Origin: Eledone cirrhosa
Lineage: Eukaryota
Direction: 5' to 3'
Assembly (NCBI GenBank): GCA_964016885.1
Contig: OZ024742.1
Span: forward strand, 275,094,001 to 275,158,000
DNA length: 64,000 nucleotides
The position numbers and the translations under genes were made by a program. The first letter of the stretch is position 1. Every line of letters begins with the position of its first letter. The notes under the pieces were generated by a model that saw only the letters and a list, made by a program, of their open reading frames with translations, ran no database searches and was not told the origin of the DNA. Positions 13,745 through 26,354 of the stretch are shown piece after piece.

Positions 13745-15689
13745 TATTATTCTAAATATTAATAAATGAGAAATATTATCATAACCAAGGTAAATATTAT
13801 ACATATTTCAAAGGTACAATGGTGTTTCAGTACGTTTTCATCAGATAAAATATATAAGAGATTGGTTATACGACATACCGCTAAGGTACTTGAATCTTCA
13901 ATTCCTGTAGTGGCAGTAAGTTATATCCCCAACACTCAACATTTATATACCACAAATAATATAAACTTAGAGAAGAAGAAGACGTAAAGCAACGAATAAA
14001 TATAGAAGGGGAGTTGAAAGGGAAGGTGTGGAGAGAAAAGAAAGGAAATAAGAAAAGAAGAAAAGGAAAAGGAAAGGATAAAGTAAAAGAGAGAATTAAA
14101 ATAACCCGTTGTATTCAAATCCTAGACAAAAAATTCAAACATTATTCATATTATTTATCAATGAATGCCGCTTCTATTGGATTACGCTTTAGTTAATTAT
14201 AAGTTTATATATCTAGATTATTAGGCATAGATTAATTTCTATGGCAATCGAATATTTAAGTTCATTACAAATTTATTTGCTTAAATTAATTTAATTTAAT
14301 TTAATTCATTCTAGATTATGATAATGTTTTATTATAAGGTAATATACTCTATTTAGCATTATAATGCAACATTAAACATTTTATCTTTAATGTGTATTAA
14401 ATATCTATTTAATATGTATTAAAATGTATTAACATGTATTAAAAATGCATATATCCACATCAATATATAATATATTTTGTTCATTTATCATCTAAATTAA
14501 TTCAAAATTCCATTTTATGTGAAACTCCGTTATTTTTTTATTTATTAAAATCTACATGTGGTTATATTTACTCGCCATAAACTTTATTTCACTTAATGAA
14601 GGGTTATATTTATATTTACTTCAATATTTAATTATTCTAATATATATAGTTTAAGTTTAATGATAGTCTATGTACTATTAAACTATTAATTATTATTTAT
14701 TAATCTATATTTTATATATATATTTTTTGCAAGCTAATATAATTTACGGACAATGTAAACGAAAGGAAGATAACTATTTTACAATGCAAAAAACATTTTT
14801 TTAACATAGAGGGAATATCTTCTCTCTCGTCCAACGATTTTTTAAGTTCCTCAACATATTTAATGTATATATCTTAATTGATGTCTAATTAAATAGTGAA
14901 CTATCCTAATAAATTCGTAGGATAATAAAAACTCTCAATGAGGTTATGCTATTACATATAAATATCTATAATTTTTACTTCAATTGGGAAAATGTACATA
15001 TATTCAAGGTGTTATTTGCCCGTATTTGTTTGGAACTGGTACATTGCCTGGAAAGTCTTACCAATTTTATGATGAAAACTACTAAAAAATTCATTCTTTT
15101 TGTTGATTTCCTTGCAGGATTTCCTCGCTGCAAAGATGGTAAAATTCTGAGAATGCAGAGTTCCGGTAGGGGATAGCATAACTTAATTTTCTTCAAGAGA
15201 TGGGGTATATAATATTGTCTTTTAATGACCTTACTAATTGTGAAAGTGAAGTTGAGAATTTTTTATCCGGTCTATTAAAGGTATGTCTGTGATTATACCA
15301 ACGGTCCTTACGTTTAGATGAAGTGGCACCTATGTAATTATAGACATTACCATTTGCCTCAATGGTACATTTATATACAAGATTTTTATCTTGGCAATTA
15401 TTTTGTAGTGGGCATGCGAACCTATTTCTACAATTACAATTATTCTCATTGTTATTTACTGGTAGTATACCGTTCACATTGCTATTTAAAGGCATTATAC
15501 TATTATTTATGTTTAGACTATTATGCTTTGAAGCATAGAGTTACGTCCCTTTATGATCTGAGTTCAAATCCCGCCGAGGTTAACTTTGCCTTTCATCCTT
15601 ACGGGGTCGATAAAATAAAGTACCAGTAACGTACTGGGTAATTGCTGGCCTTGTGTCTAAAATAGAAACAATTATTGTTATTTCTATTA

Positions 15690-15761
<72 letters not shown>

Positions 15762-17400
15762 GCTTAGTAGAGGTTGGTCTGATTTTGGATTCTTATTATT
15801 TATTTTTGCTATATTTTGAGCTATATTCATAATAGTTGAGTAAGAGACTTTAACTGTATGTCTATTGAAGATAGGGTAATATTTATGAGATCTAGGGAGG
15901 CATTTGTCTAAAGCCGTAAAAAAATAAGTGTGCTACAGGTGCCTTAATTCCTAACGATGCTGGCGGTGCATACCAAATTATAGATCTAGTTCTTACCTAC
16001 TTCTTTGATATATTGTTGTGTTTATATTCATTTTTATGATGATTATAATTAATTTTATTTTGTTGGATTTCAGTATTTTTATCTATATCCTCAATGTTAT
16101 TGTTATATCCAGCTTTATGGAGCGCTTCATTATAATATTCAGCCTTACTATTAAATGTAGATCTATTAACAGAAAGCCTGGAGATTCTTTGTTGTACACT
16201 ATTGACTATCGCATTCTTAACACTTTTAGGATGATTAGAATAAAAACTAACATAATTTAAGTTCTCATTAACTTTGTGAAAAGGATAATAAAGGTTTGAG
16301 TTCAGATTTAGATTCACGTCCAAAAAGTTAACTATTTTATTATTATTTTCTATTTCTAATTTCAGGTCATAATTTTAAAAAAAATTCTATAATTGCTTTC
16401 TTTATTTTATTTAGTTCACTATTGTTATGTTTTCCACAATAAATAGTATGCCGTCCCTATATAAACCTCCGGCAATCTCCGGCAAATTTCTGTTTATCAT
16501 GTTAAAGATAAACATGCCCACTAGGTCTGTAACTTGGGCCCAACCCGAAGAACCCATTGTAATGTCAAAATTCTTCGGTCTATCAGCCCTAGTCCAGAGA
16601 TCATTATTAAAATATATCAAAGTTTGCTCTGCAGTTAATATAATAGTTATCTCCTCACTAGAGAGGTCTGTGTTTTTGTATGCATATAATAGCGCCTTAT
16701 TTAATAAATTGAGAGTTATAGAGGAATAATAACTGGCTATATCCATTTGAATAAACTTATAATTATTTTTATGCTTAATATTTATGAACCAATCAATAAC
16801 TTCACTTGTACCTTTCCATAGATTTAGTTGTGACTTTAGTTTAAGTGTTGGTATAATCCTATCTATTATATACTTGCTAATGATTGCTAGATCGGATTTA
16901 GAAGGTGCTATAAGTCTTACTGGTAAATCATCCTCAAAGTTTTTTATGGTCTTTCATATTAATCCTCGGCTGTTTTGGTAGAAAAGGTTCTGTCTTGCAC
17001 TCGATTCCCAGGTTGGTGATAATTTTATATGCTTCCTTATTGATGTCCGATAAATCTTCACTTGAGGGCTTTTTATAGTTTTTCCTCAGTTCTTTTAAAA
17101 TCATATTATTAGATTTTACTTTTTCTATCCCATATAGGGTGTTCGTTTTATCCGATTTAACTAATATCTCATTTGATATTTTTGCATGTCGTCAATTTTA
17201 TCTTCTAGGCCTCTGTGAGGTATTCCTGGCCTCTATATGTTTTTTTTTTAAATTTAATGTTTCGTATTATATTTATGATTTCATTTTCAAAATCAGTCAG
17301 GAGTTTATTATATGGAGGATTTTTTCTAGATCTAAAAATAAGATAAATTTTTGTCGAGTGCTACTAATCTATTGTAAAATGGAATTCGTTGAATAATCAA
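13745..17400 (-). mobile_element. Decayed AT-rich Penelope-like element with 3' HHR
   Basis: ORF pieces 16411-16746 (MDIASYYSSI..FDITMGS..GGLYRD), 15997-16323 (FLDV..YPFHK..YV..SNHP) and 15193-15495 (CNC..CPL..C..LVYKC..YIGAT). HHR at 13793-13852: CTGATGA aaacgtac..gtaccttt GAAA tatgta TA, weak stem I. Confidence 0.88.
15530..15762 (+). mobile_element. 5'-truncated tRNA-derived SINE with (TAT)n tail, inserted in the PLE
   Basis: B-box gagttcaaatcc, body ctttcatccttacggggtcgataaaataaagtaccagt. Near-identical to 30335-30475. Confidence 0.8.
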
Positions 17401-17430
17401 CGAACCATATAAACTTTTGGTTATATCTAA

Positions 17431-17539
<109 letters not shown>

Positions 17540-20500
17540 TTACTGATGTAGTATTAACTTATTAACTTGGATATTTACCATGCGGTATTCTAATCCTATT
17601 GTATCTCTCTCAGTTATTTACCATGCGACCCTCAGTTCCTACCTCACAATTTCCCTCCCCCCACCCCCACACACCACCATAGTCTATTCGACCAATCAAA
17701 CCTAGCATGCCATTTCCACTGCTGCTGCTACTACCTGCCTAACTAACTCTCTCCTCCTCTGGCGCATCCCAACACACCCTGCCATTACCCCACCACCACT
17801 GTTCTTCTAGCCCTCAATTTTCCCACCGTTATGGATGGATGAGCTGGGAATACACGAGCAACTCTGAATCAATAGATGAAATATGAATCTGCGAGCTACC
17901 AAGCACCCACGTGAAGCGCCAACCCAGAGACCCTCCCCTACGAGTGTCGACAAATGCCCAAAACTCCGAGTTGGTACCATCAATGTAGGCTCAATGAAAG
18001 GAAGAGCAGGAGAAATCGTAGAAATGCTAGAGCGAAAGGAAGTTGATGTATGCTGTGTGCAAGAGACTAGATGGAGAGGAGAGTCTGCCAGAGTCCTTGT
18101 AGGAAAAAGCCAGTGCTACAAATATTTCTGGGTGGGAAATGACGATGGGATGGGTGGTGTAGGTATACTATTAGCTGACAAGTGGGTAGATAAAGTAATC
18201 TCAGTGTACAGGGTAAATGCAAGAATCATTAAACTCAGACTAGTCCTGAATAAGACAATTACCACAATAATATCAGCTTACGCACCCCAATCGGGGCTGC
18301 CAGACGAACTTAAGGATAGGTTTTACGAGTCCCTAATACACACTACTGCTCTAACAGACGACAAGGACTTCCTAATCATTGCAGGAGATTTTAACGGACA
18401 CGTAGGTAAACACTGCGACGGCTTCAATAGAGTACATGGAGGCCATGGAGTTGGCACAAGGAATGAGGAAGGATTCAGACTTCTAGAATTCTGCGACGTC
18501 AATGACATGTCGATATGTAACACAAACTTTAAAAAACCCGACAACCACCTGATCACCTATAGATCAGGGGAGCACTCTAGTCAGTTAGATTTTATCCTCA
18601 TCAGAGGACGTGACAGATGGACGGTCGTAAACACAAAAGCCTTCCCTAGTGAGGAATGTACATCCCAACATAGCTTAGTTGTCAGCGACCTCACGGTCAG
18701 AACTAGACGAGCCCTGAAACAGAGGCCAACCTGGAGAAGAAAGATCTGGAAGCTGAAAGTCCCCTCAACCAGTAACAGATTTAAAGATATTTTACTCAAC
18801 GCCTACGACAGTAAAGAAGAACAGATAGAGACATTTAACGTAGAAGAGAACTGGGAGTTCCTAAAAAATAACTTACTAGAGGCGACGGATGAGGTTTGTG
18901 GCTGGAGTAAGACCTCAAGCAGGAGGAGAGTAACTTGGTGGTGGAACAATAAGGTAGATGAAGCAGCCAAGGCCAAGAGACAGGCATGGAAAGAATGGAA
19001 GAACGGGGGGAGCAGGGTACATTACATAGAGACCAAGAGGGAAGCTAGGCGACAAGTATACTTAGCTAGGAGGGAAGCAGAGGATAGAAAATTCAAGCAT
19101 GTTTTACAACGTGAGGACCAGAAACAGGAGGTATTCAAGATTGCGAGGCAGTGTGTCAGAGATAGTTGTGATGTCATTGGAGAGAAGTGTATCCGGAATG
19201 ATAAAGGTGAGCTTGCCCTCACAAGTGCTGAGAAGAAAGATGCATGGAAGAGTCATTATGATAGATTACTAAATGAGGAGAATGCATGGGAAGAAGAGAC
19301 CCTACCCCACGTAGACCCTATAGAGGGACCAGCAGTACAAGTCAGCGGCAGCGTAGTAAGTAAGGCAATCAGAGATATGAAGATAGGGAAGGCAACCGGT
19401 CCATCGGGTATAGCTGCCGAGATGCTGAAGGCATCTGGGTCTGTAGGTCACACTATAACCACACGTATCGTTAACCAGGTAATACTAGAGGGGGCCATAC
19501 CAAAAGATTGGTGCAGTAGCATCATTGTCAACTGCTACAAAGGTAAAAGCGATGCACTAGATAGAGGAAACTATAGAGGTATAAAGTTGATGGACCAGGT
19601 CATGAAAGTAACAGAAAGAGTTATAGCACAGCTGATTAGGGACCGGGTGAATATAGACGAGATGCAATTTGGATTTGTACCAGGGAAAGGCACCACTGAT
19701 GCCCTCTTCCTTGTGAGGCAATTACAGGAAAAGTACCTAGCTAAAAGTAAGCCACTCTACTTGGCATTTGTCGACCTTGAGAAAGCCTTTGACAGAGTTC
19801 CACGTGCAGTAATCTGGTGGGCTCTTAGAAAACTAGGAGTAGATGAATGGCTTGTGAAAGCGGTACAAGCCATGTATAGGGGAGCAGTCAGCAAAGTTAG
19901 GATTGGCAATGAGTATAGCGAGGAATTTAGCGTACAGGTTGGGGTCCACCAGGGCTCTGTTCTTAGCCCTCTCCTGTTCATCATAGTCCTGCAGGCAATA
20001 ACGGAGGAGTTTAAGACCGGATGCCCATGGGAACTCCTGTATGCTGATGACCTCGCACTCATAGCTGAATCTATGGTAGAACTAGAGAATAAATTCCAAA
20101 CCTGGAAGCAGGGACTAGAGAGAAAGGGCCTCAAAGTCAACATGACAAAGACTAAGGTCCTTATAAGTAGACGAGAAAACAGAACCCAGATCCCCTCAGT
20201 GAAATGGCCTTGCTCAGTATGTAGGAAAGGTGTAGGTAGGAACTCCATTCTCTGCCCCAAATGCAAACAATGGGTACACAAGAGATGTAGCGGGATCTCA
20301 GGAAGCTTAATTAAGAATGTAGGATTCACATGCAGCAGCTGTGCTGAAACAGCAAGCAAACAGCCACAGGAAACAAGTACCACCAATCTCTGGGAGGGCC
20401 CTGTAGAAACAGTAGACAGCTTCTGCTACCTAGGTGACCGAATTAGCAACGGAGGTGGGTGCTCAGAAAGTACAATAACTAGGGTAAGAACGGGATGGAA

Positions 20501-21316
20501 GAAGTTTAGGGAACTACTACCACTGCTAGCTGCAAAAGGCTTCTCCCTCAGAATGAAAGGCAGACTGTATGATGCGTGTATCCGAACAGCGATGTTGCAT
20601 TGTAGTGAGACCTGGGCGCTGAAGGTGGAAGACTTACGTAGATTAGAGAGAAACGAAGCCTGCATGCTCCGATGGATGTGTAACAGTAATATACGTGAAC
20701 GACAAAGCATAAAGGAATTGAGAGAGAGACTGAGCATAAGAGGAATCAAATGCTGCGTGCAGGAGAGGCGGTTACGCTGGTATGGACATGTGATGCGTAT
20801 GAAGGATGACAGCTGCATAAAAAGGTGCAGAGCACTAGAAGTTGATGGAAACCGCGGAGTGGGGAGACCCAAGATGACTTGGGATGAGGTGATAAAAGCC
20901 GACCTTACCCAACTACACCTCTCAAAGTCAATGACACACGACCGTGACTTCTGGCGTCACGCAGTAATACAGGGTACCCGACCTCCCATGGGTACATGCT
21001 GAAGCATATAAACAATATGGCCCCCCCCCCCCCCACCGCAAGGTGGTCGTGGAGGTGCCACGGCAAAAAAGCACCCAGCCCACACTGTAAAGTGGACGTG
21101 TAGGCGCCACGAAAAAGCACCCAGCACTCACTGTAAATGAGGTTGGTGTTAGGAAGGGCATCCAGCTGTAGAAATCAAGCCAGATCAGTTCCTGTATGAG
21201 CAAGGCATGGTCAGCCGACCAGACACTGCCCACAACAGGACAACCCGTCTAACCCATGCTAGCGTGGAAGAACGGACGTAAAACGGTGATGATGATGATG
21301 ATGATGATGATGATGT
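17540..21316 (+). mobile_element. Apparently full-length RTE-clade LINE
   Basis: Single long ORF, 3' UTR ending in a (GAT)n tail at ~21288-21315, (TA)n on both sides. The 5' limit is approximate. Confidence 0.88.
17883..21002 (+). CDS. Intact LINE polyprotein: APE endonuclease + reverse transcriptase with PHD-like zinc finger
   Basis: 1039 aa, no stops. APE motifs GTINV, VQETRW, AYAPQ, GDFNGH, LDFIL, SQH. RT motifs QFGF, DLEKAFDRV, GVHQGSVLSP, LYADD, FCYLG. C4HC3 finger CSVC..CPKC..H..C..CSSC; RLRWYGHV. Confidence 0.95.
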   Translation: MNLRATKHPREAPTQRPSPTSVDKCPKLRVGTINVGSMKGRAGEIVEMLERKEVDVCCVQETRWRGESARVLVGKSQCYKYFWVGNDDGMGGVGILLADKWVDKVISVYRVNARIIKLRLVLNKTITTIISAYAPQSGLPDELKDRFYESLIHTTALTDDKDFLIIAGDFNGHVGKHCDGFNRVHGGHGVGTRNEEGFRLLEFCDVNDMSICNTNFKKPDNHLITYRSGEHSSQLDFILIRGRDRWTVVNTKAFPSEECTSQHSLVVSDLTVRTRRALKQRPTWRRKIWKLKVPSTSNRFKDILLNAYDSKEEQIETFNVEENWEFLKNNLLEATDEVCGWSKTSSRRRVTWWWNNKVDEAAKAKRQAWKEWKNGGSRVHYIETKREARRQVYLARREAEDRKFKHVLQREDQKQEVFKIARQCVRDSCDVIGEKCIRNDKGELALTSAEKKDAWKSHYDRLLNEENAWEEETLPHVDPIEGPAVQVSGSVVSKAIRDMKIGKATGPSGIAAEMLKASGSVGHTITTRIVNQVILEGAIPKDWCSSIIVNCYKGKSDALDRGNYRGIKLMDQVMKVTERVIAQLIRDRVNIDEMQFGFVPGKGTTDALFLVRQLQEKYLAKSKPLYLAFVDLEKAFDRVPRAVIWWALRKLGVDEWLVKAVQAMYRGAVSKVRIGNEYSEEFSVQVGVHQGSVLSPLLFIIVLQAITEEFKTGCPWELLYADDLALIAESMVELENKFQTWKQGLERKGLKVNMTKTKVLISRRENRTQIPSVKWPCSVCRKGVGRNSILCPKCKQWVHKRCSGISGSLIKNVGFTCSSCAETASKQPQETSTTNLWEGPVETVDSFCYLGDRISNGGGCSESTITRVRTGWKKFRELLPLLAAKGFSLRMKGRLYDACIRTAMLHCSETWALKVEDLRRLERNEACMLRWMCNSNIRERQSIKELRERLSIRGIKCCVQERRLRWYGHVMRMKDDSCIKRCRALEVDGNRGVGRPKMTWDEVIKADLTQLHLSKSMTHDRDFWRHAVIQGTRPPMGTC

Positions 21317-21327
21317 ATATATATATA

Positions 21328-23361
21328 TCAAGAACACTATTGTCAATTCTGTCCAACAACATATTTTACGCATCTCCGCTAATAAAAACATTTTTGACGA
21401 TAAGGCAGAATATTATAATGAAGCTTTAAATAGAGCAAGGTATATAAATAAAGATTAAATACATCGACAACAGTAATTACGCAAATAACCCTACTATTAA
21501 TTATAATAAAAAAATTTAACTTAAACTCTAAAACTAACAGAAGAACTAGAGCTAGAAATATTATTTGGTACTCAGCCCCATTCTCATTAAGCGTAAAAGC
21601 ACCTTCAGCAAAGCTATTCTTTAAAGCACTAGATAAATGTTTTCCTAAAGCCCACAGATACCACTCAATCTTTAACAGACATACTATAAAATTATCATAC
21701 TCTACTACTATGAACATAGCACAAAATAAAAAATAGAATTAATAATAAAAATTTAAACTTTAACCAAAATAACCAAAATAGCAGTAATATCTCTAGCAAT
21801 ATCCAACATAATAGTACCGTTCCGAACAACAACAACTCCGCATAATGTAACTGTAGAATTAAATTAAACTGTCCTTTACAAAATAAGTGTTTAGATAAAA
21901 ACATGGTCTATAAATGTACAGTTAAAACCAGTGATAATATATTTAACTATGTCGGTGCAACTTCTACAGAATTTAAAAGTCGCTGGAATAACCACAAATG
22001 CTCTTTCCGAAGATTTGATAAAAAATCTTCAACTTCTCTTTCAAACCTGATATGGAACTTAAAATGCAAGAATATGGATTATTCATTAGCTTGCGAAACA
22101 GTTTCATAAGCACCCGCGTACCGAAACACATCTTTATGTAGATTCTGCAAATTGTGTATTGAGGAAATTCTTTTCATACTTAAATGTAAAAACTCTATTA
22201 ATCTAAGAACGAATTTATTTAATTCTTGTAGACATCGCCAGATTTCAACATTCAGAAATATATGTAACTTATAATTATACTTATAATATTTCTACTTATT
22301 TCCATAACAATCTCATCCACTTGGTTTTAATATATTGATATCTCTAAATCATAATATCTATAACATTTGCTATAATTCCACTTCTTAAAGCTTCATAAAA
22401 TATATACGTATATAATTCTAATTTTTTTTAATCTTTATTTCTTTAATTTTTATTTCTTTAAAAATTACTTATCTCTTATATTTTTTTTTTAATTTTCTCA
22501 AATTTTTCAATATTTTTTCAATAGTTTTTCAATGTTTTTCAATACTTTATCAATACTTTTTCAATATTTTTCAATGGATTTATAACCACTAACTGATTTT
22601 GGCTAAATGTATCATTCAACATATATACTTATTTTGACTAAATAGTCTCACACTAACGAATATATAAATTAAACCGGAGTTTTTCCATATCTTCCCATTT
22701 TAAATCATATAAATATAAATATTCTTATTAACTCAGTTAAATTAATTTAATTTAACTTAATATTTATTTACATTAAATACAAAACCAATAGCCCTCATAA
22801 CTCATTAGAACAATTATCTATAACATGATATACCCATCTATTTATTTATTTATGTATTTATTTAATTATTTATTTATCTACTTATAACAGGAAATATTAA
22901 ATTATTGACAAATTTTAAACAGCTAATAATCGTAAATACACGTACTATTAAGATATACTTACAATATATTTCCCCAAAATTAACGTTATATGAGTTTTAT
23001 TCATCTTCTCTTGTTTCTTCTCTCTCTCGCCCTATTTTTTATCCTTCTCCTCTTATCTCTTATTTTATCCTTCTCCTCTTATCTTCTTCTCTCTCTCTGT
23101 CCATAATCGTTTAAATAAACGGTTGTTTTTCAATTATTTACGTATTCATTTGCATATTCACACATAAGTTTGAAAAATCCCTGATATATTTCCACTATCC
23201 AGTGAATTTCCAACCGATAAGGTATGATTTTCATGGGTATGTCTCTATTTATAAAACAAACTTTGTATTTTATCTGATGAAAGCGTACCAATGTTGTCTA
23301 CTATATATAATAAAATAAATATGGTTTTATAAATATAGTTTCCATTTATTTAATATAATTG

Positions 23362-23362
<1 letters not shown>
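21328..23362 (+). mobile_element. 5'-truncated AT-rich Penelope-like element (related to 13745-17400)
   Basis: Starts in KNTIVNSVQQ..KAEYYNEAL. GIY-YIG piece 21903-22109 (VYKC..YVGATSTEFKSRWNNH). Broken HHR at 23265-23317 (CTGATGA kept, GAAA lost). Confidence 0.85.
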
Positions 23363-23429
<67 letters not shown>

Positions 23430-23484
23430 CGGCGATGATTTATTTTGCGGGTTTTTTTATATGAAATCGTGTGTCGAAACAAAT

Positions 23485-25613
23485 ATTGTTATACTTTGAG
23501 AGGGTCATATTGTTGTAATAATATTTCCAGAAATAACTACAGAACAGACCCACTGTTTGGTTCGCTTTCCCTTCTGTATCTTTTATATATCCACAGTTAA
23601 TTCATTTGGTCCTCAATGTTCATCATTGCCTGACCAACGGTCAAACATACAGATATAACACATATATATATTGTCTAACAAAATTCTTTCGTTGCACATC
23701 TGCAACATCATCAGTGTTACTATTATGTTCCTCCTGTTGTGTTGTATGTCTATGCCACTTTTTCAAAAAATACAACAGGAGGAACATAATAGTACCACTG
23801 ATGATGTTGCAGATGTGCAACGAAAGAATTTTGTTAGACAATATATATGTGAATATATGTTTAGCAGAAAAGTATTTAGAAGTTGTAATGTTGCCACGAG
23901 GAACCACCTTTGGTAGAAAGATATGATAGGAATATGGACAACGACTTTAGCATGTTTTATATTATTTATTAACAAAGGTTGAGCTGGCATGCCAAGAGAA
24001 ATAAAACAAACGAATTAAGATTTCAGAAAAACACGGGCTACTGGCTGTTTAAGTGTTGCCAGGCCGTGGTTAAATTGTTGTGTTACATTTTGGCTAGTGA
24101 TTTCACGGCGAAAGAAAAGTAGTTGTTTACCTTAGCGCGGTCGAGCTGCAAGAGAGAGATCCCTCAAATCTTTGCGGGTAATTTCTCTCTCAGGACGCGT
24201 AGGGATACATCCTCTTCTACTGGCGCTGATTGGCTGAGCTGAGCCAAATCACGCACAGAGAATGTATGTGAGCCCGCGGAATGTAGGTCACTACAATACC
24301 CCCTTCTAGACGGAAGTCGATACAGATTATTGAATCAGCAAGAACAAATGCTGAAAGAGCACATCAGTGAAAAAATAATTGAGCAGAAGGATGCATGCAA
24401 GAAAGAAAATGAGGCGTTACGGGCCGTGTTGAGCCGCTGTGTCAAATGACTAGCTGTTTTGTAGTTTATACGTGACCACCAAAGGTCTAACAGAAAACGG
24501 ATAAAGTCTGACATGGGCGAAGTTGCTGTTCTTGCATTAAATATTAATGGTAAGTGTTGTACCAGTAGCTGTGGATGAAGCTATTATGGTAGTTTACCAG
24601 TGCTGGCAAGAAGATGATGGGTAGGCGAGAAAATGTTGGCCTCCCAGATGTATTGCCGAATGTGCTAGGGAGCCAGGAAAAAATGGCTGGTTGCTTTGAA
24701 AAGAAAAGAAAAAAAAGCTAGTTGAATCTGTAGGTGGGTTGCAGTCCCACAATTCGGGCGAATCCACAAAAGTGGTGGAAATGCTGACAAGTCCAGTTCT
24801 ATTTGTTGTTTTCCCGGTGAGTTGGGTAAGATAACAAGATAGGGGATGTTATGGACGATGAATGTGCAACGAGATGCGAAACTGTTTGAGTTCAGCTGCA
24901 ATTAGCATTCTCGTGTTGCGGTGCAGGTGAAATAAGCTGCAAGTGTCGATAGCATGTTTTGGTACCCCAGAAAGTGAAAAGGGATCTCGCAGGATATCAC
25001 GTCGGGGTCACCAGTTTAGCAGTAAAGTATTTAGAAGTTGTAATGTTGCCACGAGGAACCACCTTTGGTAGAAAGATATGATAGGAATATGGACAACGAC
25101 TTTAGCATGTTTTACATTATTTATTAACAAAGGTTGAGCTGGCATGCCAAGAGAAATAAAACAAACGAATTAAGATTTCAGAAAGACACGGGCTACTGGC
25201 TGTTTAAGTGTTGCCAGGCCGTGGTTAAATTGTTGTGTTACATTTTGGCTAGTGATTTGATGGCGAAAGAAAAGTAGTTGTTTCCTTAGCGCGGTCGAGC
25301 TGCAAAAGAGAGATCCCTCAAATCTTTGCAGGTAATTTCTCTCTCAGGACGCGTAAGGATACATCCTCTTCTACTGGCGCTGATTGGCTGAGCTGAGCCC
25401 AATCACGCACAGAGAATGTATGTGAGCCCGCGGAATGTAGGTCACTACATATGTGTATTTTTGACCGTTGGTCAGGCAATGATAAACATTGAGAACCAAA
25501 TGAATTAATTGTGGAGATATAAAAGATATAGAAGCGAAAACCAACCAACAGTGAGTGTGTTCTGTTGTTATTTCTGGCAATATTATTACAACAATATGAC
25601 TCTCCCCAAGTAT

Positions 25614-25619
<6 letters not shown>
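23485..25619. mobile_element. Fold-back non-autonomous element (~255-bp arms, HHR in each), right arm interrupted by an LTR element
   Basis: 23485-23655 is the reverse complement of 25450-25619, and 23663-23740 of 23772-23849. HHRs at 23676-23719(-) and 23793-23836(+): CTGATGA t gttgca gatg tgcaac GAAA. Confidence 0.8.
23858..25449 (-). mobile_element. Non-autonomous LTR retroelement (two ~437-bp LTRs, ~720-bp internal region)
   Basis: Direct repeats 23858-24295 and 25014-25449, near-identical, TG...CA ends. PBS TGGTGACCCCGACGTGAT (25013-24996) is complementary to the 3' end of eukaryotic tRNA-Trp. PPT agaagggggt at ~24298-24307. No long ORF. Confidence 0.92.
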
Positions 25620-25693
<74 letters not shown>

Positions 25694-25774
25694 GTATACA
25701 TGTGTGTGTGTATATATATATATGTATATGTATATATGTGTATATACATATGTATATGTATATATGTGTATATA

Positions 25775-25889
<115 letters not shown>

Positions 25890-26031
25890 TTTTGTATATA
25901 TATATATATGTGTAAATATACATGTGCATGTATATGCGTGTGTGTGTCTGTATATCTGTATATTTATATATATATCTTGTCTTTTTGTTTCATCCTTTGC
26001 GCGTATATGTTTGTACATATGTATATGTATT

Positions 26032-26121
<90 letters not shown>

Positions 26122-26354
26122 TTTAAAAAATAATGAATAAAACAATGAAACAGTTCCTTATATTAAACAAAAAAAGTTCATTATTTAACGATCGTTTCTA
26201 GGATATATATGTGTTAGAATTGGCATTTTCTTCATACGGATTGGACACTACCGTAAACTCTTGGTAGATTTATCTACATATATATATATATATATATATG
26301 TGTAAATATACCCGTGTATATTTGTATGATTGTGTGTAGAAGATTATATTAAAC

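Noticed and set aside
18323-20872. Antisense ORFs within the RTE (and within Tx1 at 59742-63605)
   Set aside because: Shadow frames of TE coding sequence with no recognisable motifs.
24996-25013. tRNA-Trp 3'-end match as a tRNA gene
   Set aside because: Only 18 nt including CCA, adjacent to an LTR; it is a primer-binding site.
26183-26240. Possible HHR (minus: tatgaaga...GAAAcgatcgTT)
   Set aside because: Core and stem II not recoverable; at best a remnant, so not counted.
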